Translations under genes and position numbers: made by a program
In this document: positions 9,338 through 18,581 of the stretch, piece after piece
How positions within the stretch are numbered: position 1 is the stretch's first letter
Layout of the letters: every line of letters begins with the position of its first letter
Assembly (NCBI RefSeq): GCF_000025925.1
Contig: NC_014033.1
Span: forward strand, 150,001 to 182,000
Direction of reading: 5' to 3'
Origin: Xylanibacter ruminicola 23
GTDB taxonomy: Bacteria > Bacteroidota > Bacteroidia > Bacteroidales > Bacteroidaceae
Length of the DNA stretch: 32,000 nucleotides
Notes under the pieces: generated by a model
Told to the model about the DNA's origin: nothing
Databases searched by the model: none
What the model saw: only the letters and a program-made list of their open reading frames with translations

Positions 9338-11827
9338 ATGACATTATTGAAAAAATGGCTGCCCGATATGTTGGCAGTGTTGTTATTCGCCGTTCTGGCC
9401 TTTGCGTATTTCTTCCCTGCCGATATCGAGGGACGTATCCTGTACCGTCACGATGCCTCAGCTGGTCGTGGTGCTGGTCAGGAGGGTATCGAATATATGC
9501 AGAAAACAGGCGAGCGTAGTCGTTGGACCAACGCCCTGTTTGGTGGTATGCCTACCTACCAGATGGCTCCCTCGTATCATTCTACCGATAAACTCAGTAC
9601 AATGACCAAGATCTACCATCTGTTCTTACCCGAGAATGTGTGGTATGTGTTTGCTTATCTGTTAGGATTCTATATTTTGCTGCGTGCTTTCGACTTCCGT
9701 CAGCATCTGGCAGCCTTAGGCTCTATCGTGTGGGCCTTCAGCACCTATTTCCTCATCATCATTGCTGCAGGTCACATCTGGAAGGTGTGGGCTTTGGCCT
9801 ATCTGCCACCATTGATTGCAGGACTTGTGCTGGCCTATAGGGGCAAATATCTGTGGGGCTTTGTGCTCACAGCCATTTTCACTGCTTTCGAGATCAATGC
9901 CAACCACGTGCAGATGACCTATTACTATCTGTTTATCATCCTGGCCATGGTGATTGCCTGGTTGGTAGATGCCATCCGCAAGCATCAGTTGGCTGCCTTC
10001 GGTAAGGCCACTGCCGTGTGCATCGCAGGTGCCGCCATTGGCGTGTGCATCAACCTCTCAAACCTCTACCACACCTGGCAGTACGGTCAGGAGTCGATGC
10101 GCGGTAAGAGCGAACTGGTAAAGAAGAATTCGGCCAACCAGACCAGCAGTGGTTTGGAGCGCGATTATATCACACAGTGGAGTTATGGTATCGACGAGAC
10201 CTGGACCCTGCTCATTCCTAACACCAAGGGTGGTGCTTCGGTGCCCATGAGCGAGAGTAAGATTGCCATGGAGAAAGCCGATCCTACCTACGAGAGCATC
10301 TACCAGCAGATTGGTCAGTACTGGGGCGAACAGCCTGGTACCAGCGGTCCTGTGTATGTAGGTGCCTTTGTGATGTTCCTGTTTGTGCTGGGACTGCTGA
10401 TTGTCAAAGGTCCTATGAAGTGGGCTTTGCTCGCTGTTACCATCCTGTCGATACTCCTGTCGTGGGGGCGTAACTTCATGGGCTTTACCGATTTCTTCCT
10501 CGATTATGTGCCCATGTACGCCAAGTTCCGTACCGTGGCCTCGATATTGGTGATTGCCGAGTTCACCATCCCCTTGCTGGCCATGATGGCATTGAAAAAA
10601 CTGTTCGACGAGCCCGAGGGCTTTAGCAAGTACAGCAAGCCTATCTACATCAGTTTTGGTGTTACCGCAGGCTTCTGTCTGTTGTTTGCCCTGATGCCAA
10701 CCACCTTCTTCGATGGTTTTGTTTCATCCAGCGAGATGCGTGCTCTCAGCACCTTGCCACAGGAGCACATCCAACCACTTATCAGTAATCTGGTTGATAT
10801 GCGTACAGCCGTGTTTACAGCTGATTGTTGGCGTTCGTTCTGGATTATCGTGGTGGGCATGGTATTGCTCATGGCTTACAAATATCGCAAACTCAAGGCC
10901 GAATATACCATCGGCGCTATCCTGGTGCTCTGCCTCATCGACCTTTGGCAGGTAAACAAGCGTTACCTGAACGATGAGATGTTTGTGCCCCAGAGCGAGC
11001 GCGAGGCACCCCAGCAGATGTCGCAGACCGATGAGCTCATCCTGCGCGATAAGGCCCTGGATTACCGTGTGCTCAACCTGGCATCAAATACCTTCAACGA
11101 GAACGAGACATCTTACTACCATAAGAGCATTGGTGGTTACCATGCTGCCAAGCTGCGCCGTTATCAGGAGATGATAGAGCAGTATATATCACCCGAGATG
11201 CAGCGCCTGATGAATGCTGTGGCCGAGGCTGGTGGCGACATGACTCAGGTTAAGGGCGACAGCATCTGTCCTGTTATCAATATGCTCAACACCCGCTACT
11301 TTGTGTTCCCACTGCAGGGTGGCCAGACAGTGCCCATCCAGAACCCCTATGCTTTGGGTAATGCGTGGTTTGTTGATAAGATTAGCTATGCCAAGAATGC
11401 CAACGAGGAGATTTTGAAGGTGGGTCAGATTGACCTGCGTCACGAGGCTGTGGCCGACGAGAAGTTCCAGGCACAGCTGGGTGATGCTGTTGCACAGGAT
11501 ACCACCAGCACCGTGGATATCAAGAGCTACGAGCCTAACCAGCTTACCTACGAGGTTAACTCGGGTAAGGGTGGTGTAGTGGTATTCTCCGAGGTTTACT
11601 ATCCCGGCTGGACTGCTACCATCGATGGCGAGCCTGCCGAGTTGGGTAGGGTAAACTACATCCTGCGTGCCCTCAATGTAAAACCAGGTAAACACGAGGT
11701 AGTGCTCAGCTTCTTCCCCAAGTCGGTTGATACTACCGAGACGATTGCCTATACAGCGTATGCTATACTGCTACTGGTGCTGGCAGGAGCCGCCTTCATG
11801 GCCTACCGCCGCAAAAAGAATGGTTAA
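9338..11827 (+). CDS. YfhO-family polytopic membrane protein (putative glycan/lipid-linked sugar transferase)
   Basis: ~829 aa with many hydrophobic helices across the N-terminal two thirds, a soluble C-terminal region and a final TM helix plus basic tail (AYRRKKNG). The N-terminal block FPADIEGRILYRHDASAGRGAGQE...FGGMPTYQMAPSY resembles Bacteroidetes YfhO-like proteins. ATG 9338 is preferred over TTG 9329. Confidence 0.7.
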   Translation: MTLLKKWLPDMLAVLLFAVLAFAYFFPADIEGRILYRHDASAGRGAGQEGIEYMQKTGERSRWTNALFGGMPTYQMAPSYHSTDKLSTMTKIYHLFLPENVWYVFAYLLGFYILLRAFDFRQHLAALGSIVWAFSTYFLIIIAAGHIWKVWALAYLPPLIAGLVLAYRGKYLWGFVLTAIFTAFEINANHVQMTYYYLFIILAMVIAWLVDAIRKHQLAAFGKATAVCIAGAAIGVCINLSNLYHTWQYGQESMRGKSELVKKNSANQTSSGLERDYITQWSYGIDETWTLLIPNTKGGASVPMSESKIAMEKADPTYESIYQQIGQYWGEQPGTSGPVYVGAFVMFLFVLGLLIVKGPMKWALLAVTILSILLSWGRNFMGFTDFFLDYVPMYAKFRTVASILVIAEFTIPLLAMMALKKLFDEPEGFSKYSKPIYISFGVTAGFCLLFALMPTTFFDGFVSSSEMRALSTLPQEHIQPLISNLVDMRTAVFTADCWRSFWIIVVGMVLLMAYKYRKLKAEYTIGAILVLCLIDLWQVNKRYLNDEMFVPQSEREAPQQMSQTDELILRDKALDYRVLNLASNTFNENETSYYHKSIGGYHAAKLRRYQEMIEQYISPEMQRLMNAVAEAGGDMTQVKGDSICPVINMLNTRYFVFPLQGGQTVPIQNPYALGNAWFVDKISYAKNANEEILKVGQIDLRHEAVADEKFQAQLGDAVAQDTTSTVDIKSYEPNQLTYEVNSGKGGVVVFSEVYYPGWTATIDGEPAELGRVNYILRALNVKPGKHEVVLSFFPKSVDTTETIAYTAYAILLLVLAGAAFMAYRRKKNG

Positions 11828-11843
11828 GGCTCTTGGCGAGCTG

Positions 11844-11875
11844 AATGTTCAATGTTCAATGTTCAATGTTCAATG
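11844..11875. repeat. (AATGTTC)x4 tandem heptamer array running into the fkp start codon
   Basis: AATGTTCAATGTTCAATGTTCAATGTTCAATG. Every unit carries an ATG; the last one (11873) is the probable fkp start. Confidence 0.95.
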
Positions 11876-14584
11876 AAAAAATTGCTCTCATTGCCACCAA
11901 ACTTGGTGGACAGTTTCCACGATGTAACCGGATTGAGTCGTGAGGAGTATTTCTGTACCAACGATCCAGTTGGTCATAAGTTGGGTAGTGGTGGCGGAAC
12001 CACCTGGCTGTTACAGGCCTGTATGACTACCGAGGATGGCACCTCGCTTGCCGAGTGGCTGCCCCGCGAAAAGCGTATCTTGCTGCATGCCGGCGGACAG
12101 AGTCGTCGCTTGCCCTCGTATGCCCCATCAGGTAAAATCCTTACCCCCGTACCCGTGTTCCGTTGGGAGCGTGGACAGCGCCTCTCACAGGACTTGCTCA
12201 GTCTGCAGCTGCCCCTTTACGAGCAGATGATGGATATGGCTCCCGAGGGCATCCACACCATGGTGGTAAGTGGCGATGTGCTGGTGCGCACCTCACAGCC
12301 CCTGCAACCCATCCCCGATGCCGATGTGGTGTGCTATGGCTTGTGGCTCGATGCCTCAGTGGCCAAGAACCACGGTGTGTTCGTAAGTTCGCGCAAATCG
12401 CCCCAGGTGCTTAAGCATATGCTGCAGAAACCCAGCATCGAGACCCTGAACGAGCTTCAGAAAGATCATTATTACCTTACCGATATCGGTATCTGGATGC
12501 TGAGCGACAAGGCCGTTGAACTATTGGCTAAAAAATCAATGGCAGATCCAAATGGTCCATTGTCAATGGTCCGCTCCAGCTCTGCTGGCTTGCAAGGCAA
12601 GAATGGTCAATTAAAAGAGTACGATATGTACTCTGAGTTCGGTTGTGCTTTGGGTACCAACCCTTCGTTGCCCGACGACGATCTGAAGGATCTTAAGGTG
12701 GCCATCGTACCCCTGCAGGGTGGCGAGTTCTACCACTTCGGTACTTCGCGCGAGATGATCTCATCTACCCTCCGCATTCAGAATCTGGTAAACGATCAGC
12801 GAGAGATTATGCACCACGATCGCAAACCGCACCCCAGCTTGTTTGTGCAGAATGCCGTTTGCAAGTACAAGTTTACCGAGGACAATACCAATATATGGAT
12901 TGAAAACAGCGACGTGAGCGAGGGCTGGACCCTGAGTCACGACAATATTATAACAGGTGTACCCCAGAACCACTGGAAGGTAAACCTGGCCCCAGGCGAG
13001 TGTATCGATGTAGTGCCCATTGGCGATACCGAATACGCTGTGCGCCTGTATCATATCGACGATAAGTTTGCTGGTGCCGAACAGCAGAAACAGCAGTTCC
13101 CTGTAGTGGCCGACCTTGAGGCCCTGAGCATGCTGCAAACACTGGATGGCCTGGCACTCGTTACCAGTCGTATGATTTCGGCCGAGGAGATTAGTACCGA
13201 GGCCAATCTGCATCGCTTGTTCGATCAGCGTAAGGCTTTCCGCAAACTCAACTGGAGTGCGCTGGCCAAGAACTGGAACCACAGTGTGTTCTACCAGCTC
13301 GACCTGGCCGATGCCAAGCGCGAGTTCGACGAACAGCACATCGAGATGCCCCCTGCACTCGATGCCGATGCACCCCTGATGACGCGCATCCACGATGCCA
13401 TGTTCCGTGGCGAAAGCGAAAAGGCCTTTGCGCTTTTACGTGAGGGCTTACTCGATACCAACGATTATCAGCAGATACCCCAGCTCAGCGTGGCCGACGA
13501 CCAGATTGTTTGGGGTCGTTCACCCGTGCGTATCGATATCGCAGGTGGTTGGACCGATACCCCTCCTTACTGTCTGATGGAGGGTGGTAATGTCATCAAC
13601 CTGGCCATCGAACTCAATGGTCAGCCCCCGTTGCAAACCTATGTGCGCCCCTGCCAGGAGCCCCGTATTGTGCTGCGTAGTATCGATCTGGGTGCCATGG
13701 AGGTAGTAGAAACCAGCGAGCAGTTGCGTGATTTTATGCACGTAGGCTCACCCTTCTCAATCCCCAAGGCCGCCTTGGTATTGGCTGGCTTTGGTCAGCG
13801 TTCGCTCAAGGATGAGTTAGCTGCCTTTGGCGCAGGTATCGAGCTCACCCTGCTCAGTGCCATCCCCGCAGGCAGTGGCTTAGGCACCAGCAGCATCCTG
13901 GCTGCTACCGTCCTGGGTGCGCTCAACGATTTCTGCGGCTTGGGTTGGGATAAGAACGAGATTGGTCATCGCACCCTGATGCTCGAACAGATGCTTACCA
14001 CAGGTGGTGGTTGGCAGGATCAGTTCGGTGGTGTGCTGGGTGGCGTAAAACTGCTGCAAACGGGTAGGGGCTTTGCCCAGAACCCACAGGTGCGCTGGTT
14101 GCCCACCGATCTGTGGACGCAACCCGAATATCGCCCTTGTCACCTATTATATTATACAGGCATCACGCGTACGGCTAAGAGCATCCTGGCCGAGATTGTG
14201 CGCCGTATGTTCTTGAACCACGGTGGCGAGCTGCGCCTGTTGCGCCAGATGAAACAGCATACCCTCGACATGTACGAGGCTATCCAGCAGAACGACTTCG
14301 AGCGAATGGGCTTGCTGGTACGTAAAACGTGGGCACAGAATCAGGCCCTCGATGCAGGTACCAACCCAGCCGATGTGGCTAAGCTCACCAGCTTGATCGA
14401 TGACCTCTGCTTAGGTTACAAACTGCCTGGTGCAGGTGGTGGCGGCTATCTGTATATGATAGCTAAGGATCCCGAGGCCGCCGCACGTATCAAGCAGATT
14501 CTTTCTGAAAACAGCATCCGTAAGAACGCAAGATTTGTTGATATGGCACTATCCACAACAGGCTTGCAAATAAGTAGAAGTTGA
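11873..14584 (+). CDS. fkp: Bifunctional L-fucokinase / fucose-1-phosphate guanylyltransferase
   Basis: The N-terminus KKLLSLPPNLVDSFH...FCTNDPVGHKLGSGGGTTWLL matches my recollection of Bacteroides Fkp. C-terminal GHMP-kinase motif PAGSGLGTSSILAATVLGAL and GAGGGGYL. ~900 aa. Start moved to ATG 11873 because the MFNVQCS extension is just the heptamer repeat. Confidence 0.88.
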   Translation: MKKLLSLPPNLVDSFHDVTGLSREEYFCTNDPVGHKLGSGGGTTWLLQACMTTEDGTSLAEWLPREKRILLHAGGQSRRLPSYAPSGKILTPVPVFRWERGQRLSQDLLSLQLPLYEQMMDMAPEGIHTMVVSGDVLVRTSQPLQPIPDADVVCYGLWLDASVAKNHGVFVSSRKSPQVLKHMLQKPSIETLNELQKDHYYLTDIGIWMLSDKAVELLAKKSMADPNGPLSMVRSSSAGLQGKNGQLKEYDMYSEFGCALGTNPSLPDDDLKDLKVAIVPLQGGEFYHFGTSREMISSTLRIQNLVNDQREIMHHDRKPHPSLFVQNAVCKYKFTEDNTNIWIENSDVSEGWTLSHDNIITGVPQNHWKVNLAPGECIDVVPIGDTEYAVRLYHIDDKFAGAEQQKQQFPVVADLEALSMLQTLDGLALVTSRMISAEEISTEANLHRLFDQRKAFRKLNWSALAKNWNHSVFYQLDLADAKREFDEQHIEMPPALDADAPLMTRIHDAMFRGESEKAFALLREGLLDTNDYQQIPQLSVADDQIVWGRSPVRIDIAGGWTDTPPYCLMEGGNVINLAIELNGQPPLQTYVRPCQEPRIVLRSIDLGAMEVVETSEQLRDFMHVGSPFSIPKAALVLAGFGQRSLKDELAAFGAGIELTLLSAIPAGSGLGTSSILAATVLGALNDFCGLGWDKNEIGHRTLMLEQMLTTGGGWQDQFGGVLGGVKLLQTGRGFAQNPQVRWLPTDLWTQPEYRPCHLLYYTGITRTAKSILAEIVRRMFLNHGGELRLLRQMKQHTLDMYEAIQQNDFERMGLLVRKTWAQNQALDAGTNPADVAKLTSLIDDLCLGYKLPGAGGGGYLYMIAKDPEAAARIKQILSENSIRKNARFVDMALSTTGLQISRS
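12551..12611. repeat. Intragenic ~60-bp element (AATGGTC words flanking a double-hairpin core), in-frame inside fkp
   Basis: AATGGTCCATTGTCAATGGTC-CGCTCCAGCTCTGCTGGCTTGCAAGGC-AAGAATGGTCAAT. 36 nt (12570-12605) are identical to 15228-15263. Translated here as ...NGPLSMVRSSSAGLQGKNGQ... Confidence 0.9.
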
Positions 14585-14590
14585 TATTTA

Positions 14591-14658
14591 GCAACGGACT
14601 ACAGGACTTTAGGATTTTTACCCGCGATAATCATCTTGTTAGTCCTGTTATCCGTTGC
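14591..14658. repeat. ~70-bp element with terminal inverted repeats, copy 2
   Basis: GCAACGGACTACAGGACTTTAGGATTTTTACCCGCGATAATCATCTTGTTAGTCCTGTTATCCGTTGC. Fills the fkp/GSCFA intergenic gap. Confidence 0.9.
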
Positions 14659-14669
14659 AAAAAGAAAAT

Positions 14670-15563
14670 ATGGAGTTTAGAACGATAGTTGATATAGATG
14701 ACCCTGGGTTTAGGATAGGGGCTTGCGAGGAGATGCTCTTCGTAGGGTCGTGCTTTGCCGATAAGATAGGCGCACGCTTTACTGATGAGAAGTTCCGCAC
14801 CATCGTTAATCCCTTTGGCGTGATGTATAATCCCGCCTCCATCCTCCATACCATCCAGCGCCTCTCCGCTCAGCCCGATTTGAAATCCGTCAAGACTGCA
14901 TTCTTGACCCTCGGCACCAATCACGTTTATATTCTCAATGAAACAGGCGAGATAGTAGATAACTGCCAAAAGCGCCCCCAGTCGCTCTTTACCGAGAAGG
15001 AACTCACGGTAGATGAGTGTGCCGATTACCTGCAGCAGGCCATCGACATCCTGCATGCCGCCAATCCCGATATGCGCATCGTGCTCACCGTTAGCCCCAT
15101 CCGCTATCGCAAATACGGCTACCACGGCTCCCAGCTCTCCAAAGCTACTTTACTCTTGGCCGTCAATAAGGTGATAAAAATGTTCCGCTCGGCTTTGCCG
15201 CTTGGCTCGTCCAAGAATGTTCAATGTTCCGCTCCAGCTCTGCTGGCTTGCAAGGCAAGAATGTTCAATGTTCATTACTTTCCCGCCTACGAAATCATCA
15301 ACGATGAGTTGCGCGATTACCGCTTTTATGCCGATGATATGCTGCACCCCTCATCGCAGGCCGTAGAGTATATCTGGCAGCGATTCTCCGAAGTGTATCT
15401 CAGTCCCGAGGCCAAGGCATTCCTCAAGGAGTGGCAACCCCTCAAGGCCGCGCTTAATCACAAGCCGTTCAATCCCGATTCGGATGAATATCGCATATTT
15501 ATGGATAAAACTATGTTAAAAATTTCCGAGTTGCAAAAAAAATACCCTAACTTTGCAGTATGA
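14670..15563 (+). CDS. GSCFA-domain protein
   Basis: Contains the eponymous GSCFA motif (LFVGSCFADKIG) and the downstream YFPAYEIINDELRDYRFYADDMLHPS block. ATG 14670 is preferred over the track's TTG 14655, which lies inside the TIR repeat. The stop overlaps the next gene's ATG (ATGA). Confidence 0.85.
   Translation: MEFRTIVDIDDPGFRIGACEEMLFVGSCFADKIGARFTDEKFRTIVNPFGVMYNPASILHTIQRLSAQPDLKSVKTAFLTLGTNHVYILNETGEIVDNCQKRPQSLFTEKELTVDECADYLQQAIDILHAANPDMRIVLTVSPIRYRKYGYHGSQLSKATLLLAVNKVIKMFRSALPLGSSKNVQCSAPALLACKARMFNVHYFPAYEIINDELRDYRFYADDMLHPSSQAVEYIWQRFSEVYLSPEAKAFLKEWQPLKAALNHKPFNPDSDEYRIFMDKTMLKISELQKKYPNFAV
15179..15273. repeat. Intragenic repeat, apparently two tandem units (AATGTTC words flanking 27-nt cores), in-frame inside the GSCFA gene
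   Basis: Unit 2 (15213-15273) is AAGAATGTTCAATGTTC-CGCTCCAGCTCTGCTGGCTTGCAAGGC-AAGAATGTTCAATGTTC. Unit 1 (from 15179) has the same AATGTTC-CGCTC start and AAGAATGTTC end with a diverged core. Translated as ...MFRSALPLGSSKNVQCSAPALLACKARMFNVH... Confidence 0.8.
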
Positions 15564-18016
15564 AATACAGTATAGAAAAGGTTACCACGCTCATAGGAGC
15601 GCGACGATATGGAAACACTGAGGCTCAGGTAAGCTGGTTGCTCACCGATAGCCGTAGTCTTTGTTTCCCCGAAGAAACATTGTTTTTCGCCCTGAAAACA
15701 CAGCGTAACGATGGTCATCGTTACATTCAGGACTTGTATAACCGTGGTGTGCGTCAGTTCGTAGTCGAACAGGTGCCCGAGGCTTACGAAACCCTTTATC
15801 CGCAGGCCAACTTTTTGCGAGTGCCTCACACATTGGCAGCCCTGCAGCGTTTGGCCGAGCGCCATCGCGACGAGTTCTCGCTGCCCATCGTAGGTATCAC
15901 CGGCTCTAACGGTAAAACCATGGTCAAGGAGTGGCTTTATCAGTTGCTGTTGCCCTCGCAGCGTATTGTACGTTCGCCTCGCAGCTACAACTCACAGATA
16001 GGTGTGCCCCTCTCGGTATGGTTGCTCAACGAGCAGACCGAGGTTGGAATCTTCGAGGCTGGTATCTCGCAGCCAGGCGAGATGATGGCCCTGCGTGATA
16101 TCATCCAGCCCACCATCGGCGTGCTCACCTCGTTAGGTGCCGCCCATCAGGAGAATTTCCGTTCGATGGAAGAGAAGTGCATGGAGAAACTCGAGCTGAT
16201 GCACGATACCGAGGCCATGGTATATTGCTCTGATAACGATATCGTGAGCCGTTGCATCCGTCGCATGAACTATAAAGGCGAGAAAATCTCGTGGAGCACC
16301 TGCGATCAGCAGGCCGCCTTCTATGTTAAGAGTGTCGAGAACTCGCACATCACCTATATTTGGAAGGAAGAGGAGAACTGCTTCGATATCCCATTTATCG
16401 ACGAGGCCTCAATCGAGGATTGTATCACCTGTGCAGCCGTAGCCTTGCGCTTGGGTCTTACCCCTGGCGATCTGGCCGACCGCATGCCTAAGCTCGAACC
16501 CGTGGCCATGCGCCTCGAGGTTAAAGAAGGCCAGCGTGGTTGCATCCTCATCAACGACTCGTACAACTCTGATATCAACTCACTCGATATCGCCCTCGAT
16601 TTCATGAATCGCCGCGAGGAGTTGAAGAAGCGTACCCTTATCCTTAGCGATATGTTCCAGTCGGGTCTTTCGCCCGAAAAACTCTACGCCCAGGTATCCG
16701 AGTTGGCTGTTAAGCGTGGCATCACCAAGTTTATTGGTATCGGCGCCCAGCTCACTGCCCAGGCCGATAAAATCCAGATTGCCGACAAGCAGTTCTTTGC
16801 CGATGTAAACCACTTCCTGGGTAGCGATGCCTTTACCGGTTTGCGCAACGAGATGATTCTCTTGAAGGGTGCCCGTCCTTTCGGTTTCGATCAGATTACC
16901 GAGCAGCTCGAGCAGAAGGTTCACGAAACCATCCTCGAGGTCAACCTCAATGCCGTGGTCGAGAATCTCAACTACTATCGCTCGTTCATGAAGCCCGAAA
17001 CCAAGATGGTGTGCATGATCAAGGCCGATGCCTATGGAGCAGGAGCCGTCGAGATAGCTAAGACCCTGCAGGATCACCGTGTTGACTACCTCGCAGTGGC
17101 AGTGGCCGACGAGGGTGTTACCCTCCGTAAGGCTGGCATCACCGCCAATATCATGATTATGAACCCCGAGATGACCGCCTTCAAGACCATGTTCGATTAC
17201 GACCTGGAGCCCGAGGTATATAGCTTCCGCTTGCTCGATGCCCTCATCAAGGCAGCCCGCAAGGAGGGTATCACCGGCTGGCCTGTACATATCAAGCTCG
17301 ATACAGGTATGCACCGCTTAGGCTTCGATCCCGAGCAGGATATGGATGAGCTTATCGATCGCCTCACCCATCAGCAGGCTGTTATTCCCCGTTCCGTATT
17401 CAGTCATTTCGTTGGTTCCGACAGCGACGATTTCGATAATTTCTCAACCTTGCAGTTCAAGCGTTTCGAGATGGGCAGTCAGAAACTTCAGGCCGCCTTC
17501 TCGCACAAGATTCTGCGCCATATCGACAACTCTGCCGGCATCGAGCACTTCCCCGATCGCCAGTTGGATATGTGTCGTTTGGGTCTTGGCCTGTATGGTA
17601 TCGATTCGCGCGACAACCGCATTCTCCATACCGTCAGCACCCTCAAGACCACCATTCTGCAGATGCACCAAGTGCCCAAGAGCGAAACCGTGGGCTACAG
17701 TCGCAAGGGCAAGCTGACTCGCGATTCTGTCATCGCTGCCATACCTATTGGCTATGCCGATGGCTTGAACCGTCGTTTGGGCAATCGCCACTGCTACTGT
17801 CTGGTCAACGGTCAGAAAGCTGAGTATGTGGGTAATATCTGTATGGATGTGGCCCTGATTGATGTCACCGACATCCCCTGTCAGGAGGGCGACCAGGTAG
17901 AGATCTTTGGCGAGCACCTGCCCGTTACCGTGCTCAGCGATGTGCTCGAAACCATCCCCTATGAGGTCCTCACCGGCATCAGCAACCGTGTAAAACGCGT
18001 TTATTTCCAGGATTAA
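15560..18016 (+). CDS. Bifunctional UDP-MurNAc-tripeptide--D-Ala-D-Ala ligase (MurF) / alanine racemase (Alr)
   Basis: The N-half has the Mur-ligase P-loop GITGSNGKTMVKEWL. The C-half has the alanine racemase PLP-lysine motif CMIKADAYGAGAVEIA and the conserved tail GISNRVKRVYF. This fusion is a known Bacteroidetes architecture. Confidence 0.92.
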   Translation: MKYSIEKVTTLIGARRYGNTEAQVSWLLTDSRSLCFPEETLFFALKTQRNDGHRYIQDLYNRGVRQFVVEQVPEAYETLYPQANFLRVPHTLAALQRLAERHRDEFSLPIVGITGSNGKTMVKEWLYQLLLPSQRIVRSPRSYNSQIGVPLSVWLLNEQTEVGIFEAGISQPGEMMALRDIIQPTIGVLTSLGAAHQENFRSMEEKCMEKLELMHDTEAMVYCSDNDIVSRCIRRMNYKGEKISWSTCDQQAAFYVKSVENSHITYIWKEEENCFDIPFIDEASIEDCITCAAVALRLGLTPGDLADRMPKLEPVAMRLEVKEGQRGCILINDSYNSDINSLDIALDFMNRREELKKRTLILSDMFQSGLSPEKLYAQVSELAVKRGITKFIGIGAQLTAQADKIQIADKQFFADVNHFLGSDAFTGLRNEMILLKGARPFGFDQITEQLEQKVHETILEVNLNAVVENLNYYRSFMKPETKMVCMIKADAYGAGAVEIAKTLQDHRVDYLAVAVADEGVTLRKAGITANIMIMNPEMTAFKTMFDYDLEPEVYSFRLLDALIKAARKEGITGWPVHIKLDTGMHRLGFDPEQDMDELIDRLTHQQAVIPRSVFSHFVGSDSDDFDNFSTLQFKRFEMGSQKLQAAFSHKILRHIDNSAGIEHFPDRQLDMCRLGLGLYGIDSRDNRILHTVSTLKTTILQMHQVPKSETVGYSRKGKLTRDSVIAAIPIGYADGLNRRLGNRHCYCLVNGQKAEYVGNICMDVALIDVTDIPCQEGDQVEIFGEHLPVTVLSDVLETIPYEVLTGISNRVKRVYFQD

Positions 18017-18043
18017 ACTTAATCCTATATACAACTACAAGTC

Positions 18044-18067
18044 AGGGAGTGCAGTTATGTACTCCCT
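18044..18067. terminator. Hairpin between convergent murF-alr and the 156-aa gene
   Basis: AGGGAGT-GCAGTTATGT-ACTCCCT followed by TTTATTG. Same AGGGAGTG...CACTCCCT stem type as 26455-26482. Confidence 0.6.
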
Positions 18068-18538
18068 TTATTGTATGTAAGCGTCTATCTGTGCGGCAAT
18101 GTCGCCAGCCAGTACGGCACCGTAGCCCACACGGAGCTCGATAGTGGGACGAAGCGGGTCGTTGGTACCGATGATCACAGCATACTCGTCTATGGTGTAG
18201 GGCGTGGCCATGTTCTTTGACATCACGCACTCCAGACTGCTGAGTTTCAGCTCTTCGCCGGCGATAATCGCAATGTCATGGTTGGGATAGAATAGGATAA
18301 GGGCAGGGAGCTCGTTGGCTCGCGAGGCATCCAGCACCACCACGCCGTCGGGTTCTCCGTATCTCTGTTTTGCCTCTTCCACCGTGGCGTAGGTCACCCT
18401 TGGAACAGCCGTCCGCTCCTTGCGCTTGATGATGAAGTAAGCGAAGGGGGCGATAACCAGCAGCAACAGTAAGTACGGTCCAAAGCCAATGGCTAACATA
18501 ATGCCGGCAACGACGGCAAGAATCGTGTTTCGTTTCAT
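18068..18538 (-). CDS. Hypothetical membrane-anchored protein (156 aa)
   Basis: MKRNTILAVVAGIMLAIGFGPYLLLLLVIAPFAYFIIKRK gives two hydrophobic helices followed by a soluble domain. ATG 18538 is preferred over the track start at 18613. No family recognised. Confidence 0.6.
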   Translation of the reverse strand: MKRNTILAVVAGIMLAIGFGPYLLLLLVIAPFAYFIIKRKERTAVPRVTYATVEEAKQRYGEPDGVVVLDASRANELPALILFYPNHDIAIIAGEELKLSSLECVMSKNMATPYTIDEYAVIIGTNDPLRPTIELRVGYGAVLAGDIAAQIDAYIQ

Positions 18539-18581
18539 AAATAGTCTGTTATTTGTCTTTACCGAAAAATCGCTGGCAAAG

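Noticed and set aside
11852-11872. N-terminal extension MFNVQCS of fkp (track start 11852)
   Set aside because: These seven codons are simply the AATGTTC heptamer array read in one frame. Recalled Bacteroides Fkp begins near MxKLLSLP, so ATG 11873 was chosen.
11844-11875. Word arrays as possible CRISPR or CRISPR-like repeats
   Set aside because: Units are 7-9 nt with no or very short spacers, far from the 24-48 nt repeat/spacer periodicity of CRISPR. No cas genes are present.
15548-15555. TAACTTTG box just upstream of murF-alr as a promoter
   Set aside because: It ends 4 nt before the ATG and lies inside the GSCFA coding sequence, whose stop overlaps that ATG. Co-transcription with the upstream gene is more likely, and the match may be fortuitous.
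16580-17314. 244-aa minus-strand ORF, plus similar long antisense ORFs at 3093-3701, 5757-6374, 8599-9285, 12761-13393, 14631-15125, 17444-18034, 26634-27239 and 28285-28806
   Set aside because: Each lies wholly inside a confidently identified gene on the opposite strand, has no recognisable motif, and has biased shadow-frame composition.
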